This document shows, in pieces, positions 9,958 to 48,059 of a DNA stretch of 64,000 bases (positions are counted from its first letter, which is position 1; the number at the start of each line of letters is the position of its first letter). Below the pieces are notes generated by a model that saw nothing but the letters and a program-made list of their open reading frames with translations, did not search any database and had not been told where the DNA came from. The position numbers and the translations under genes were made by a program. This DNA is from Macrostomum lignano. Lineage: Eukaryota. The stretch spans positions 62,001 to 126,000 of the forward strand of contig NIVC01001046.1 of the NCBI GenBank assembly GCA_002269645.1, given 5' to 3'.

Positions 9958-11590
9958 GCGGCGGATTGGCAGAGGGGGCGGATTGGCAGAGGGGCGGATT
10001 GGCAGAGGGGCGGATTGGCAGAGGGGCGGATTGGCAGAGGGGGCGGATTGGATGAAGGGGCGGATTGGCAGAGGGGCGGATTGGCAGAGGGGCGGACTGG
10101 CCGAGGGGGCGTATTGGCAGGGGGCGGATTGGCAGAGGGCGGATTGGCAGAGGGGCGGATTGGCAGAGGGGCGGATTGGCAGAGGGGGCGGATTGGATGA
10201 AGGGGCGGATTGGCAGAGGGGCGGATTGGCAGAGGGGGCAGACTGGCCGAGGGGGCGTATTGGCAGAGGGGCGGATTGGCAGAGGGGCAGATTGGCATTA
10301 GCAGGGGATGGATTGGCAGAGGGGCAGATTGGCATTAGCAGGGGGTGGATTGGTAGAGGGGGCGGATTGGATGAAGGGGCTGATAGTGATTGGTAGAGGG
10401 GTGGATTGGCAGAGGGGCGGATTGGCAGAGGGGGCGGATTGGATGAAGGGGCTGATAGTGATTGGTAGAGGGGCGGATTGGCAGAGGGGCGGATTGGCAG
10501 AGGGGCGGATTGGCAGAGGGGCGGATTGGCAGAGGGGTGGATTGGCAGAGGGGCGGATTGGCAGAGGGGCGGATTGGATGAAGGGCTGATAGTGATTGGT
10601 AGAGGGGCGGATTGGCAGAGGGGCGGATTGGCAGAGGGGGCGGATTGGCAGAGGGGCGGATTGGCAGAGGGGGCGGATTGGATGAAGGGGCTGATAGTGA
10701 TTGGTAGAGGGGTGGATTGGCAGAGGGGCGGATTGGATGAAGGGGCTGATAGTGATTGGTAGAGGGGTGGATTGGCAGAGGGGCGGATTGGCAGAGGGGG
10801 CGGATTGGATGAAGGGGCTGATAGTGATTGGTAGAGGGGCGGATTGGCAGAGGGGCGGATTGGCAGAGGGGCGGATTGGCAGAGGGGGCGGATTGGCAGA
10901 GGGGGCGGATTGGCAGAGGGGGCGGATTGGCAGAGGGGGCGGATTGGATGAAGGGGCTGATAGTGATTGGTAGAGGGGGCGGATTGGATGAAGGGGCTGA
11001 TAGTGATTGGTAGAGGGGCGGATTGGCAGAGGGGCGGATTTTCAGAGGGGGCGGATTGGCAGAGGGGGCGGATTGGCAGAGGGGGCGGATTGGCAGAGGG
11101 GGCGGATTGGATGAAGGGGCTGATAGTGATTGGTAGAGGGGGCGGATTGGATGAAGGGGCTGATAGTGATTGGTAGAGGGGCGGATTGGCAGAGGGGCGG
11201 ATTGGCAGAGGGGGCGGATTGGATGAAGGGGCTGATAGTGATTGGTAGAGGGGCGGATTGGCAGAGGGGCGGATTGGCAGAGGGGGCGGATTGGCAGAGG
11301 GGCGGATTGGCAGAGGGGGCGGATTGGCAGAGGGGCGGATTGGCAGAGGGGGCGGATTGGATGAAGGGGCTGATAGTGATTGGTAGAGGGGGCGGATTGG
11401 ATGAAGGGGCTGATAGTGATTGGTAGAGGGGCGGATTGGCAGAGGGGCGGATTGGCAGAGGGGGCGGATTGGATGAAGGGGCTGATAGTGATTGGTAGAG
11501 GGGCGGATTGGCAGAGGGGCGGATTGGCAGAGGGGGCGGATTGGCAGAGGGGGCGGATTGGCAGAGGGGGCGGATTGGCAGAGGCGCGGA
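9958..11590. repeat. G-rich satellite (GGCGGATTGGCAGAGG)n with higher-order insert GATGAAGGGGCTGATAGTGATTGGTA
   Basis: Direct inspection. Confidence 0.95.
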
Positions 11591-12164
11591 TTTTCAAAAT
11601 GCCAATTTGTGTGACAAGCTGCTCTGCATGTCTGAAACCTGCTGTAACTGAGACTGAACTGGTAGACAAGTTGCTAAAATGAGGAAAAGAAAGCTAAGAG
11701 TCCACACACGCAGCTCGTGCGGGATGGGAGCTGCTGTTTGTCAAAGCGGCTGCCCACCTGTGATTTATGGCCCCGCAACTCGCTACTGAGCGCTTTGAGT
11801 TTTGCCGCAGCGCTGCCGCCATTGGCTGAGGCCTCGAGAGCTGCGGTGGGGAATCTCGGGGAGGATCTGAGTTCACTCCACGAACCGGTTGCGTCCCTGC
11901 GCGGCGTCTGTAAGTCTGGCGGGCCTTCCCGAGCTGTCACATTAAAAATATCCCTATGCATGTTTGCTATAAATTGTTTTAAACTGCAAATCGCCGCAGA
12001 AATTGCTTAAAATCCAAAACCGGTGTGAAGAGAGGAACTGTGTCGATAAAAATGGAGCTGATTTTAGTAACAGTCGAAAAAGATTTCACAGGTGGGTCAG
12101 CGTTTGTTGCTAAGTGTAGCACTGGGGTTTTGAGGACCAAAGCAAGAGGGAAGCAGAGAGAGGT

Positions 12165-12415
12165 GGATGAGACTGAGACAGGTGAGATAAGACTGAGAGA
12201 GGTGAGATGAGACTGAGAGAGGTGAGATGAGACTGAGAGAGATGAGATGAGACTGAGATGAGACTGAGATAGGTGAGATGAGACTGAGAGAGATGAGATG
12301 AGACTGAGATGAGACTGAGATAGGTGAGATGAGAATGAGATAGGTGAGATGAGACTGAGATAGGTGAGATGAGACTGAGATAGGTAAGTTGAGGCTGAGA
12401 GAGGTGAGATGAGAC
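12165..12415. repeat. About 20-bp GAGACTGAGAGAGGTGAGAT array
   Basis: Direct inspection. Confidence 0.88.
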
Positions 12416-12807
12416 TAGGAAAAGTTAAATAAGATGAGGTTCAGAAGCGAGAGTCGGTATTAAGTGCCCAGCAAGCCGGTGCCCATTATCCAGTCAAACC
12501 AGACCCATAAGTCTTAGAGCGAGTTATGGGACTCGCTGTCTCTGCAAGGATTCGATGTACTTTGGAGTCAAAGCTTGGCATTCATTGGCATGGGTGGTCC
12601 AGTTTGATTCTACTGGTACGGAAAGGAAAACTCAAACAGCATTCATTGTATGTGGCAGTCCTTTGGCTTGACTGGGTGAAATGATTTATGGCCGGCCAAT
12701 AGATCATTGTGACCTCAGCGGGAAGGACACAAGTCTTTGTTCTGTGGTTAAGAAAAAATTAGGTTTCCAACACGCATTTCAATCAGTATTAAACATAAGA
12801 ATGTAAA

Positions 12808-13350
12808 GGAGAGGAGAGGAGAGGAGAGGAGAGGAGAGGAGAGGAGAGGAGAGGAGAGGAGAGGAGAGGAGAGGAGAGGAGAGGAGAGGAGAGGAGAGGA
12901 GAGGAGAGGAGAGGAGAGGAGAGGAGAGGAGAGGAGAGGAGAGGAGAGGAGAGGAGAGGAGAGGAGAGGAGAGGAGAGGAGAGGAGAGGAGAGGAGAGGA
13001 GAGGAGAGGAGAGGAGAGGAGAGGAGAGGAGAGGAGAGGAGAGGAGAGGAGAGGAGAGGAGAGGAGAGGAGAGGAGAGGAGAGGAGAGGAGAGGAGAGGA
13101 GAGGAGAGGAGAGGAGAGGAGAGGAGAGGAGAGGAGAGGAGAGGAGAGGAGAGGAGAGGAGAGGAGAGGAGAGGAGAGGAGAGGAGAGGAGAGGAGAGGA
13201 GAGGAGAGGAGAGGAGAGGAGAGGAGAGGAGAGGAGAGGAGAGGAGAGAGGAGAGGAGAGGAGAGGAGAGGAGAGGAGAGGAGAGGAGAGGAGAGGAGAG
13301 GAGAGGAGAGGAGAGGAGAGGAGAGGAGAGGAGAGGAGAGGAGAGGAGAG
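12808..13350. repeat. (GGAGA)n pentamer
   Basis: Direct inspection. Confidence 0.97.
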
Positions 13351-13634
13351 GAATGGATAGGATAGGAGAGGATATTTCTTAAGCCCAGTAAATACTTTGG
13401 TGGGGGAGTGAGTTGTGTAGACGGGTTTGGCGGTTGGTTTTGTCATGAAGTAGCACACATTAGCTGTTTATGCCCCAGCACTAACATTCAACATGCATTC
13501 TACTTGCAGTAGAGCCCTTGGAGATTTTGAATTAAGGAGCTTGCAAAAATCACTTTAATGCAGCCCTTTCCCCCTTGGCTCGTATCCCCTTAGCCATTAT
13601 CCGCCATCCGACTCAGGATCCACGTCATTATCAG

Positions 13635-14035
13635 TCCCAGTACCCGCTCCAATATCTACCCCAGTACCCGCTCCAATATCTACCGCAGTACCCGCTCCAA
13701 TATCTACCCCAGTACCCGCTCCAATATCTACCGCAGTACCCGCTCCAATATCTACCCCAGTACCCGCTCCAATATCTACCCCAGTACCCGCTCCAATATC
13801 TACCGCAGTACCCGCTCCAATATCTACCCCAGTACCCGCTCCAATATCTACCCCAGTACCCGCTCCAATATCTACCCCAGTACCCGCTCCAATATCTACC
13901 CCAGTACCCGCTCCAATATCTACCGCAGTACCCGCTCCAATATCTACCCCAGTACCCGCTCCAATATCTACCGCAGTACCCGCTCCAATATCTACCGCAG
14001 TACCCGCTCCAATATCTACCCCACTACCCGCCCCA
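13635..14035. repeat. 24-bp minisatellite CAGTACCCGCTCCAATATCTACCC
   Basis: Direct inspection; source of the QYPLQYLP ORF. Confidence 0.95.
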
Positions 14036-14564
14036 GTAACCCAAAATCTCTCTTCCTTGCCTCTTTCTTTTCACTTTAAATGACCTGCACACTATCCGCA
14101 GATAAAACATTCCATAGTGACGTATAGGAACAGAATGAGCAACCAACTGTCGGCGCGACCGCTGACTCAACAGTTTTTTGCCAACTGGTTATTAGGAGAA
14201 GAGGTGACACAAAATCGACGTGGGTCTCCAGTCTCCCATCTCTTCCCGCAGTTGAACTTTGGTGGGTGGGATTCGATCGCTCATCTTAGGTGAAATGCAG
14301 TAGCTGAACCCCCCCCCCGAGCAGCCAATCCTAGGGACTATGTCTCCTCATCCTTGTCTTTCCTGGCTACCCCCCCCCCCCCAGCTCATCGCCAGGGTCC
14401 TCATCCTCCTTTCCAGTGAAGCTCAGGTTGAGTCAGAAGGCCCACTAATTAATCCTTGCTTTCTGAGTGCCTAGCGATCGAGTGAAAGTTGACAATTTTA
14501 CTCGCACAGGTGAATGCAGGTGACATAGAAAAACTTATAAAGATACTTTCAAAAAAATCCAGTA

Positions 14565-14912
14565 TAAACACAAAGCGAGCTCCGAGATAAACACAAATTG
14601 ACCTCAGAGATAAACACAAATTGACCTCAGAGATAAACACAAAGCGAGCTCCGAGATAAACACAAATTGACCTCAGAGGTAACCACAAAGCAATCTCCGA
14701 GGTAAACACAAATTGACCTCCGAGATAAACACAAATTGACCTCAGAGGTAACCACAAAGCAATCTCCGAGGTAAACACAAATTGACCTCCGAGATAAACA
14801 CAAAGCGAGCTCCGAGATAAACACAAAGCGAGCTCCGAGATAAACACAAAGCGACCTCCGTGTTAAACACAAAGCGACCTCCGTGTTAAACACAAAGCGA
14901 GCTCCGAGATAA
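14565..14912. repeat. Composite 22-25-bp array (GAGATAAACACAAA core) just upstream of the sHSP
   Basis: Direct inspection. Confidence 0.88.
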
Positions 14913-14995
14913 ACGCATCAAGGCCAAGAACGAGACTTAGAAAGAAAACAAAGACACAAAGAGCCGCAGGAACAAAGACGGCTCCAATCTCCAAG

Positions 14996-15718
14996 ATGGC
15001 CTGCAGGCCGACCCGAGCGTTCGCGAAGCTCCGCGCCGACTGCGTGTACCGCGAGGGCGACGGTCCTCGCCGCGACGAAGTCGGAGTCGGCAGCGGCAGC
15101 AGCGGCATCGCCGGCGGCCACGTGCGCTGGTCGCGCGAGATTTTTCTGCCCGGCTTCGCGCCGCAGGACATCGCAGTTCGTCGGGTCGACGGGCGGTTCG
15201 CGGTTAGCGCCAAGGCCGTGTCCTCGGTTGACCCGGAGCTCGTCGCACTGATTCGTCGAAGCCTCCAACTGCCCGACGATGTCGATGAGGACAGCCTCGT
15301 CTGCTGGCTGGAGGGCGACGTTCTTGAACTGCGCGCCGGTTACAGGAGAGCGGCGGCGGCGGCGGCTGCTAGCGACGATGACAGCGAGCCATCGGGGGCT
15401 GAAGCCATCGACGGCCGACTTGTCGGCTCCCGCTGGGTGCTCGAACTGCCTCTGCCAGCCGAGTTTCAACCGGCCGACGTGATCGTGACAGTCGACGACG
15501 ACAGCGGCAACGGCCTGACGGTGCTGGCCAGTCGGGGCCGACGAACCAGGCGAGAGTTCGAGAGGCGAGTCCGGGCACCGGCGGGGGTGTCGCTTGACCG
15601 ATTGGTCTGCCGGCTGCGGCAGCCTGGCGTCCTGCGGCTGGAGGCGCCGCGCGGCCACGACGGCGAAGATGCCGGAGGCGACGAGGAAGGCGGCGGCGGC
15701 AGATGTCGCTGCTGCTGA
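14996..15718 (+). CDS. Small heat-shock protein with two alpha-crystallin domains (p40/Tsp36-like), intronless, 240 aa
   Basis: ACD1: LPGFAPQDIAV...IRRSLQLPDDVDEDSLVCWLEGDVLEL. ACD2: LPAEFQPADVIV...REFERRVRAPAGVSLDRLVCRLRQPGVLRLEAP. Start context aagATGG. Confidence 0.85.
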   Translation: MACRPTRAFAKLRADCVYREGDGPRRDEVGVGSGSSGIAGGHVRWSREIFLPGFAPQDIAVRRVDGRFAVSAKAVSSVDPELVALIRRSLQLPDDVDEDSLVCWLEGDVLELRAGYRRAAAAAAASDDDSEPSGAEAIDGRLVGSRWVLELPLPAEFQPADVIVTVDDDSGNGLTVLASRGRRTRREFERRVRAPAGVSLDRLVCRLRQPGVLRLEAPRGHDGEDAGGDEEGGGGRCRCC

Positions 15719-15829
15719 GTCGGAGTGTCGATGGCTGCTCTGGATCAGACAAAAGTACACTGCGAACTTGGGCTCGATGGGCGCGCTTTTTTCATCATCT
15801 GGTTCTCTTTTAGAGGCCATCCTCCCTCT

Positions 15830-16280
15830 GATCCCCTTGACAGCATGTCATTCCCCATCTGATCCCCTTGACAGCATGTAATTCCCTATCTGATCCTCTT
15901 GACAGCATGTAATTCCCTATCTGATCCTCTTGACAGCATGTAATTCCCTATCTGATCCCCTTGACAGCATGTAATTCCCTATCTGATCCTCTTGACAGCA
16001 TGTCATTCCCCATCTGATCCCCTTGACAGCATATCATTCCCCATCTGATCCCCTTGACAGCATGTTATTCCCCATCTGATCCCCTTGACAGCATATCATT
16101 CCCCATCTGATCCCCTTGACAGCATGTTATTCCCCATCTGATCCCCTTGACAGCATGTCATTCCCCATCTGATCCCCTTGACAGCATGTCATTCCCCATC
16201 TGATCCCCTTGACAGCATGTTATTCCCCATCTGATCCCCTTGACAGCATGTCATTCCCCACCTGATCCCTTTGACAGGCT
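15830..16280. repeat. 31-bp minisatellite ATCCCCTTGACAGCATGTCATTCCCCATCTG
   Basis: Direct inspection; follows the sHSP stop codon. Confidence 0.93.
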
Positions 16281-16654
16281 GTAATTTTCCCTTTGATTAA
16301 ACTTAACACTGAGTAGCAAATGCTGATATTTCTACTTACAAGTAGACAAAGTGGCGTATTCTAAAATATCAAAATTATAAAAAACTTTATGAAAGAGAAC
16401 TACCGAACCTTAGAACAACGGTATGATGATTAATAGATGTTTATTGTGCTGTTCAAATCGATAATTGCGTTGAAAAAAAGGTAAATTTGCTTCAATATGA
16501 ATGATTCCATGAATAGTAGGTACAATAATTTCGCATACAAGTACATGTAAGGACTCACAATCACAAAAGAAGAAATCGAAGCAGAAAAAGAGAAACAAAA
16601 GAAATCGCAACAATGATTGGAGAGAATTACAAAATGACTTTTTCATCTTGTTAA

Positions 16655-36221
<19,567 letters not shown>

Positions 36222-36334
36222 TGCGGCTTTTTCGGGGGCCGTCGTTTCTTAGAATTTATTCAAATATAGGCCTTCAATAATTTTATGCGATTTTTTTTAT
36301 GTGGCTCAGATATTTTCGATGTTTTCGATGTATT

Positions 36335-36790
36335 TCTTAGAAATGTCCTCCAGAATATCTGTATTTCTTAGAAATGTCCTCCAGATTATCTGTATTTCTT
36401 AGAAATGTCCTCCAGAATATCTGTATTTCTTAGAAATGTCCTCCAAAATATCTGTATTTCTTAGAAATGTCCTCCAGAATATCTGTATTTCTTAGAAATT
36501 CCTTCCAGTGTGTCTGTATTTCTTAGAAATTCCTTCCAGTGTGTCTGTATTTCTTAGAAATTCTTTCCAGTGTGTCTGTATTTCTTAGAAATGCCTTCCA
36601 GTGTATCCGTGTTTCTTAGAAATGCCTTCCAGTGTATCCGTGTTTCTTAGAAATGCCTTCCAGTGTATCCGTGTTTCTTCGAAACGTCTTCCAGTGTATC
36701 GCTTTTTTTAGAAATGTCTTCCAGTGTATCCGTGTTTCTAAGAAACGTCTTCCGTTGTATCTGTGATTCTTAGAGTCTGTCTTCCGGTGT
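36335..36790. repeat. 31-bp satellite GTATTTCTTAGAAATGTCCTCCAGAATATCT, decaying towards the ETS-motif region
   Basis: Direct inspection. Confidence 0.9.
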
Positions 36791-36925
36791 TATCTGTGTT
36801 TCTTAAAGTCGACTTTCCTTACTGTTAATTATTCTTCGAAGCTTATCCTTTCCGGTGTTGATTTTTTCTTTGAGTTATCTTCCGGTGTTGTTTCTGAAGT
36901 ATGAAAGAGAATTACTTCCGGTGCG
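36780..36925 (-). promoter_or_regulatory. Cluster of four ETS-type (CCGGAA) motifs upstream of the M13-like gene
   Basis: TTCCGGTG near 36782, 36850, 36880 and 36916, about 560-700 bp upstream of ATG 36221. Confidence 0.4.
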
Positions 36926-37377
36926 CGTTGATAGAGCTGTTTAGATCCGCTGCTTTCAGATTTGTCCAAAATTGCTGTGGCGCTGGTTCTCAAAGCTCAA
37001 TGAGCTGTTGCGGATATTTTATTTTATTACGATCCACAAAAAGCGCCCCTGTCCCTTGCTTTCAGCCCTCAGTTTTATCCCAACTTGTATTCCCAATCAT
37101 CCAACCGCCACTGTCATTGGTGGGGATTTAGACTGACCAGTTGGATTGGCTCGCCCAGCAGCCCAGCCCCGGACTCAGATAAAAGTTTCTCCATCAATAT
37201 AATCCTTTATATGGCTTATTCTGAAGTTTTTTCTCCAACGCCATACTGCAATATTTTCAACTTGGTGTGGGTGTTTTCTGTTCCCTGTTTTCAATAAATT
37301 ATTTATGCCAACAAATGTGCCGACTACAACTGCTGCCAGCTGCCTCACTAATTGCTGAATGCTAGGGGAAGAAGATT

Positions 37378-38300
37378 AAAGAGAGACAGAGCGGAGAGAC
37401 AGAGGGGAGACACAGAGGGGAGACACAGAGGGGGGGAGACAGAGGGGGGAGACACAGGGGAGAGACAGAGCGGAGAGACAGAGCGGAGAGACAGAGGGGA
37501 GACACAGAGGGGAGACACAGAGGGGAGACACAGGGGAGAGACAGAGGGGAGACACAGAGGGGAGACACAGAGGGGTGAGACAGAGGGGAGACACAGAGGG
37601 GAGACACAGAGGGGAGACACAGAGGGGTGAGACATAGGGGAGAGACACACAGGGGAGAGACAGAGGGGAGACACAGAGGGGAGAGACACAGGGGAGAGAC
37701 ACACAGGGGAGAGACAGAGGGGAGACACAGAGGGGAGAGACACAGGGGAGACACAGAGGGGAGAGACAGAAGGGAGACACAGAGGGGAGACACAGAGGAG
37801 AGACAGAGGGGAGACACAGAGGGGAGACACAGAGGGGCGAGACAGAAGGGAGACACAGAGGGGAGAGACACAGGGGAGACACAGAGGGGAGAGACACAGG
37901 GGAGACACAGAGGGGAGACACAGAGGGGTGACACAGAGGGGTGAGACAGAAGGGAGACACAGAGGGGAGACACAGAGGAGAGACAGAGGGGAGACACAGA
38001 GGGGAGACACAGAGGGGCGAGACACAGGGGAGACACAGAGGAGAGACAGAGGGGAGACACAGAGGGGAGACACAGAGGGGCGAGACAGAAGGGAGACACA
38101 GAGGGGAGAGACACAGGGGAGACACAGAGGGGAGAGACACAGGGGAGACACAGAGGGGAGACACAGAGGGGTGAGACAGAAGGGAGACACAGAGGGGAGA
38201 CACAGAGGGGAGACAGAGGGGGAGATACAAGGGAGAGACAGAGAAGGAGGGACACAGGAGAGAGACACAGGGATGAAGTATGAGGGAGAGAAATAGGAAC
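37378..38300. repeat. About 14-bp satellite GAGACACAGAGGGG
   Basis: Direct inspection. Confidence 0.95.
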
Positions 38301-39074
38301 AACAGACATGATAGAACAGACAACAGAGTAAATGTGTGGGCACAAAGCGCAGAGAGAGAGAGGCTAGCGGATCAAGATACTGGAGCGGTGCGTAAGCACA
38401 CGGATACCAGTGCCACTAAATTGCCTCTGTCTTGGGAGTTTCCCTCTGATTAGCTCATCGATTTCCCCAGTCGGGGGGTGGGTCAGGCGACATCAATCTC
38501 TTCCCCTCCTCCTGTAACCCCCCGCCAGACAAATTTGTTAAAATCTTTTTAAAATCTACTTTCAAACCCAAGCGTTCAAGTGGATTAAATGGCTAATTAT
38601 TGTTGCTTCACGCGCGCAAGGACTCTCGGCTAGTATCTGGACTGGATAGAAATGACACAATTGGTTGTCTTAGTTGGGGATATTTATTCATAGTGTCAAC
38701 AAGTCCAGATCGCGGCAACCCGTTCTCTCTCTGACTGAAGTCCCCAGACGCGCTGATGGCTGACAGAGGCTGCTCATGCATAATGCAGATAGGACGCGAA
38801 GTGTGCAGCAGACAGACAAAGACTGGCTGGAGCAAAAATTAAATCACAAATTTAAATTTCACTTCTCGGTCATGCCGAACGGGATCTGGCGCCTTTTGCT
38901 AGAAATATTCAGTGATGAAATTTTGATTTCTGAATTGGCTATCAGTTCTAGTCGGAGTTCGTTTCGGTCTGCACGTGCAGGGACGCAGACTGTGATGGTG
39001 ATGAAATTGTAACTTGGGTAGCTCGTAGACAAGCGAGGAGTTGAAAGATAATTAAATTGACTGCCAAATGCTCA

Positions 39075-39788
39075 TCTCTCTTGGTGGCCCCATCTCTCTT
39101 GGCGGCCCATCTCTCTTGGCGCCCCACCTCTCTTGGCGGCCCATCTCTCTTGGCGCCCCATCTCTCTTGGCGCCCCTCTCTCTTGGCGCCCCATCTCTCT
39201 TGGCGGCCCACCTCTCATGGCGCCCCATCTCTCTTGGCGGCCCATCTCTCTTGGCGCCCCTAGCTCTTCTCTTGGCGCTCCATCTCTCTTGGCGCCCCTC
39301 TTCTCTTGGCGCCCCATCTCTCTTGGCGCCCCATCTCTCTTGGCACCCCACCTCTCTTGGCGCCCCACCTCTCTTGGCGCCCCATCTCTCTTGGCGCCCC
39401 ATCTCTCTTGGCGGCCCACCTCTCTTGGCGCCCCATCTCTCTTGGCGGCCCATCTCTCTTGGCGCCCCTATCTCTTCTCTTGGCGCTCCATCTCTCTTGG
39501 CGCCCCTCTTCTCTTGGCGCCCCATCTCTCTTGGCGCCCCATCTCTCTTGGCACCCCACCTCTCTTGGCGCCCCATCTCTCTTGGCGCTCCATCTCTCTT
39601 GGCGCCCCTCTTCTCTTGGCGCCCCATCTCTCTTGGCGCCCCATCTCTCTTGGCGCCCCATCTCTCTTGGCGCCCCATCTCTCTTGGCACCCCACCTCTC
39701 TTGGCGCCCCATCTCTCTTGGCGCCCCACCTCTCTTGGCGCCCCATCTCTCTTGGCGCCCCACCTCTCTTGGCGCCCCATCTCTCTCT
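39075..39788. repeat. 17-bp satellite CATCTCTCTTGGCGCCC
   Basis: Direct inspection. Confidence 0.95.
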
Positions 39789-41537
39789 TCGTGCCCCGTC
39801 GTTTTTTATTTTCAGCTTGGGATAGCTGTTTATTTGCCCAATAGAGTTAGAGTCTGATAATATATTATTGCAGTAACTTATCAATTAATTGCAGGAAACA
39901 CAAAATATTTGAGTACTGGCTCATAATGCGGAAACACTAGCAGTTGAGAAGACAGTTGAGATCGACTGCAGAGAAGTTCTGGCGCATACTTAATTGATAA
40001 ACAACGATTATCGCTCGTATTTATATTTGTTTCATGGGAAGAATATTACTCGTACGTACTGGTCGACCGCTCCATTGACACTAGCGCATGTAGTTTGCAT
40101 GAGTATATCGCGAGCATGGTCATTGGGCCTGTGCAGTTGAATCATGAATAATGAAAGCAAGTGAGCTTTATTCCTTTATGCACTCTATGCACAAGGAGAT
40201 ATGCACCACATCCACACGGAAAAAACACGATTAGATAGCTATATGTATATTGCGTATAGTTTAATCTGGATTGCTAGTTCCTTGCATGCCTAGTACGTTA
40301 ACATGTTGCTTCTTTCTAATTAAAACAGATGATTGAAACAACAGAATTACAGAGTAATTACAGAATTAACAGTAATCAGATGCAACCAGGTTAGCAATGA
40401 ACCCTTTATCTGCCAGAAGAACCCGAGGACTTTGCTTTGTAATTCAGTGCGTTTGCTGATTGCTTATTATGGACAAATCAAGCTCATCTTCTATTTTTCG
40501 ACTGTGCTTAAGTGACTAATCGTTATGAAATGTAGTCGAAGTCAAGTTTATTACAATAACTTGACGCCAATTATAAAAATATACAGTTTTTGACAAGTAT
40601 TTCTTTTCTAATTCTACATTTCTAGCCACTAACATTTTTCCGAAGACAATAATGGTAATGCAAACACGAGTTTTGACTCAACATTCATTTCAGAGAGTTC
40701 GAAGACTAAATTTAAACCAGGTAAAAAACTTTAGGAAATATATTTATTCATATTTTAGCAAGATTTTAAACTAATGAATGAATTATATATTTAATAAATT
40801 ATTATGTTAAATGCAAGCGTGTTATCATTATTATTTTTTCGTTCCGTGTTTGCTTCGTTATAAACGACAAAGCACGCTAAGCGATAATCGCGAAAACTCA
40901 AATTTAAACATAAAAATGACGTACAAAGATGATATGAATAACTGTGATAATAATTACTTTTACTGTGACTTTGACTCAGTTTTTTATCTTTCCGATCAGC
41001 CTTCTTGGCTTTCATTCTGATTTTATAATATGGCATTGATTCGAAAGTACGAGCTAAATGCATTTGAATCTAATCCTCTTAGAATTTCAATCAAGTAAAA
41101 GCTAATGACAACAGTTCATAATCATGAAAAGCCTTGTGCTTCTTAGAACGGATTTATTTAGGCTCTCGTACTATTCTACCAAGTAGAAAGCAATGTTTGG
41201 TATATAAAAAGGCATATATAGACTATAGTTCAAACCTATGATTTGAAAATATATCATGTTAATTTTCAATGACATGTAGGCTTTTGTTTTCACTTTCATT
41301 TTCAGATTCATAATTTGGTAGAAATGGCAATTGCTCTGAAATTATATTTTATATATGAAGATTGAAATTTTCTAAATTGACCAACTTTTTTTACAAATTT
41401 CAGTTTTTCAAATTTCAATGACTATTATAGAATAAAATTCTACTAAGCATTTCTGACGTATACTAAATTTTAAAAGGCGACAACAGTTAGAATTTCAAAT
41501 TCAATAAATCCGGAAAAATTCCAGCCTCTGCAAAGAA

Positions 41538-47928
<6,391 letters not shown>

Positions 47929-48059
47929 GTTGAGCACTTTTTATTGTTCGTTGAGCAAATTATTTGCAGCTTTGAGTGTCGGTAGCACAATACCTATATA
48001 GCCTGTAGAACAATATAGCTCTTGCGTTTTTAGCTCTAAGCAGAGCAGAGCTCTGTGGA

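Noticed and set aside
14400-14995. Heat-shock elements upstream of the sHSP
   Set aside because: No alternating nGAAn triplet array seen.
39900-41480. DNA transposon or MITE in the AT-rich intergenic block (also 48600-50700)
   Set aside because: No terminal inverted repeats, target duplications or transposase motifs recognised by eye.
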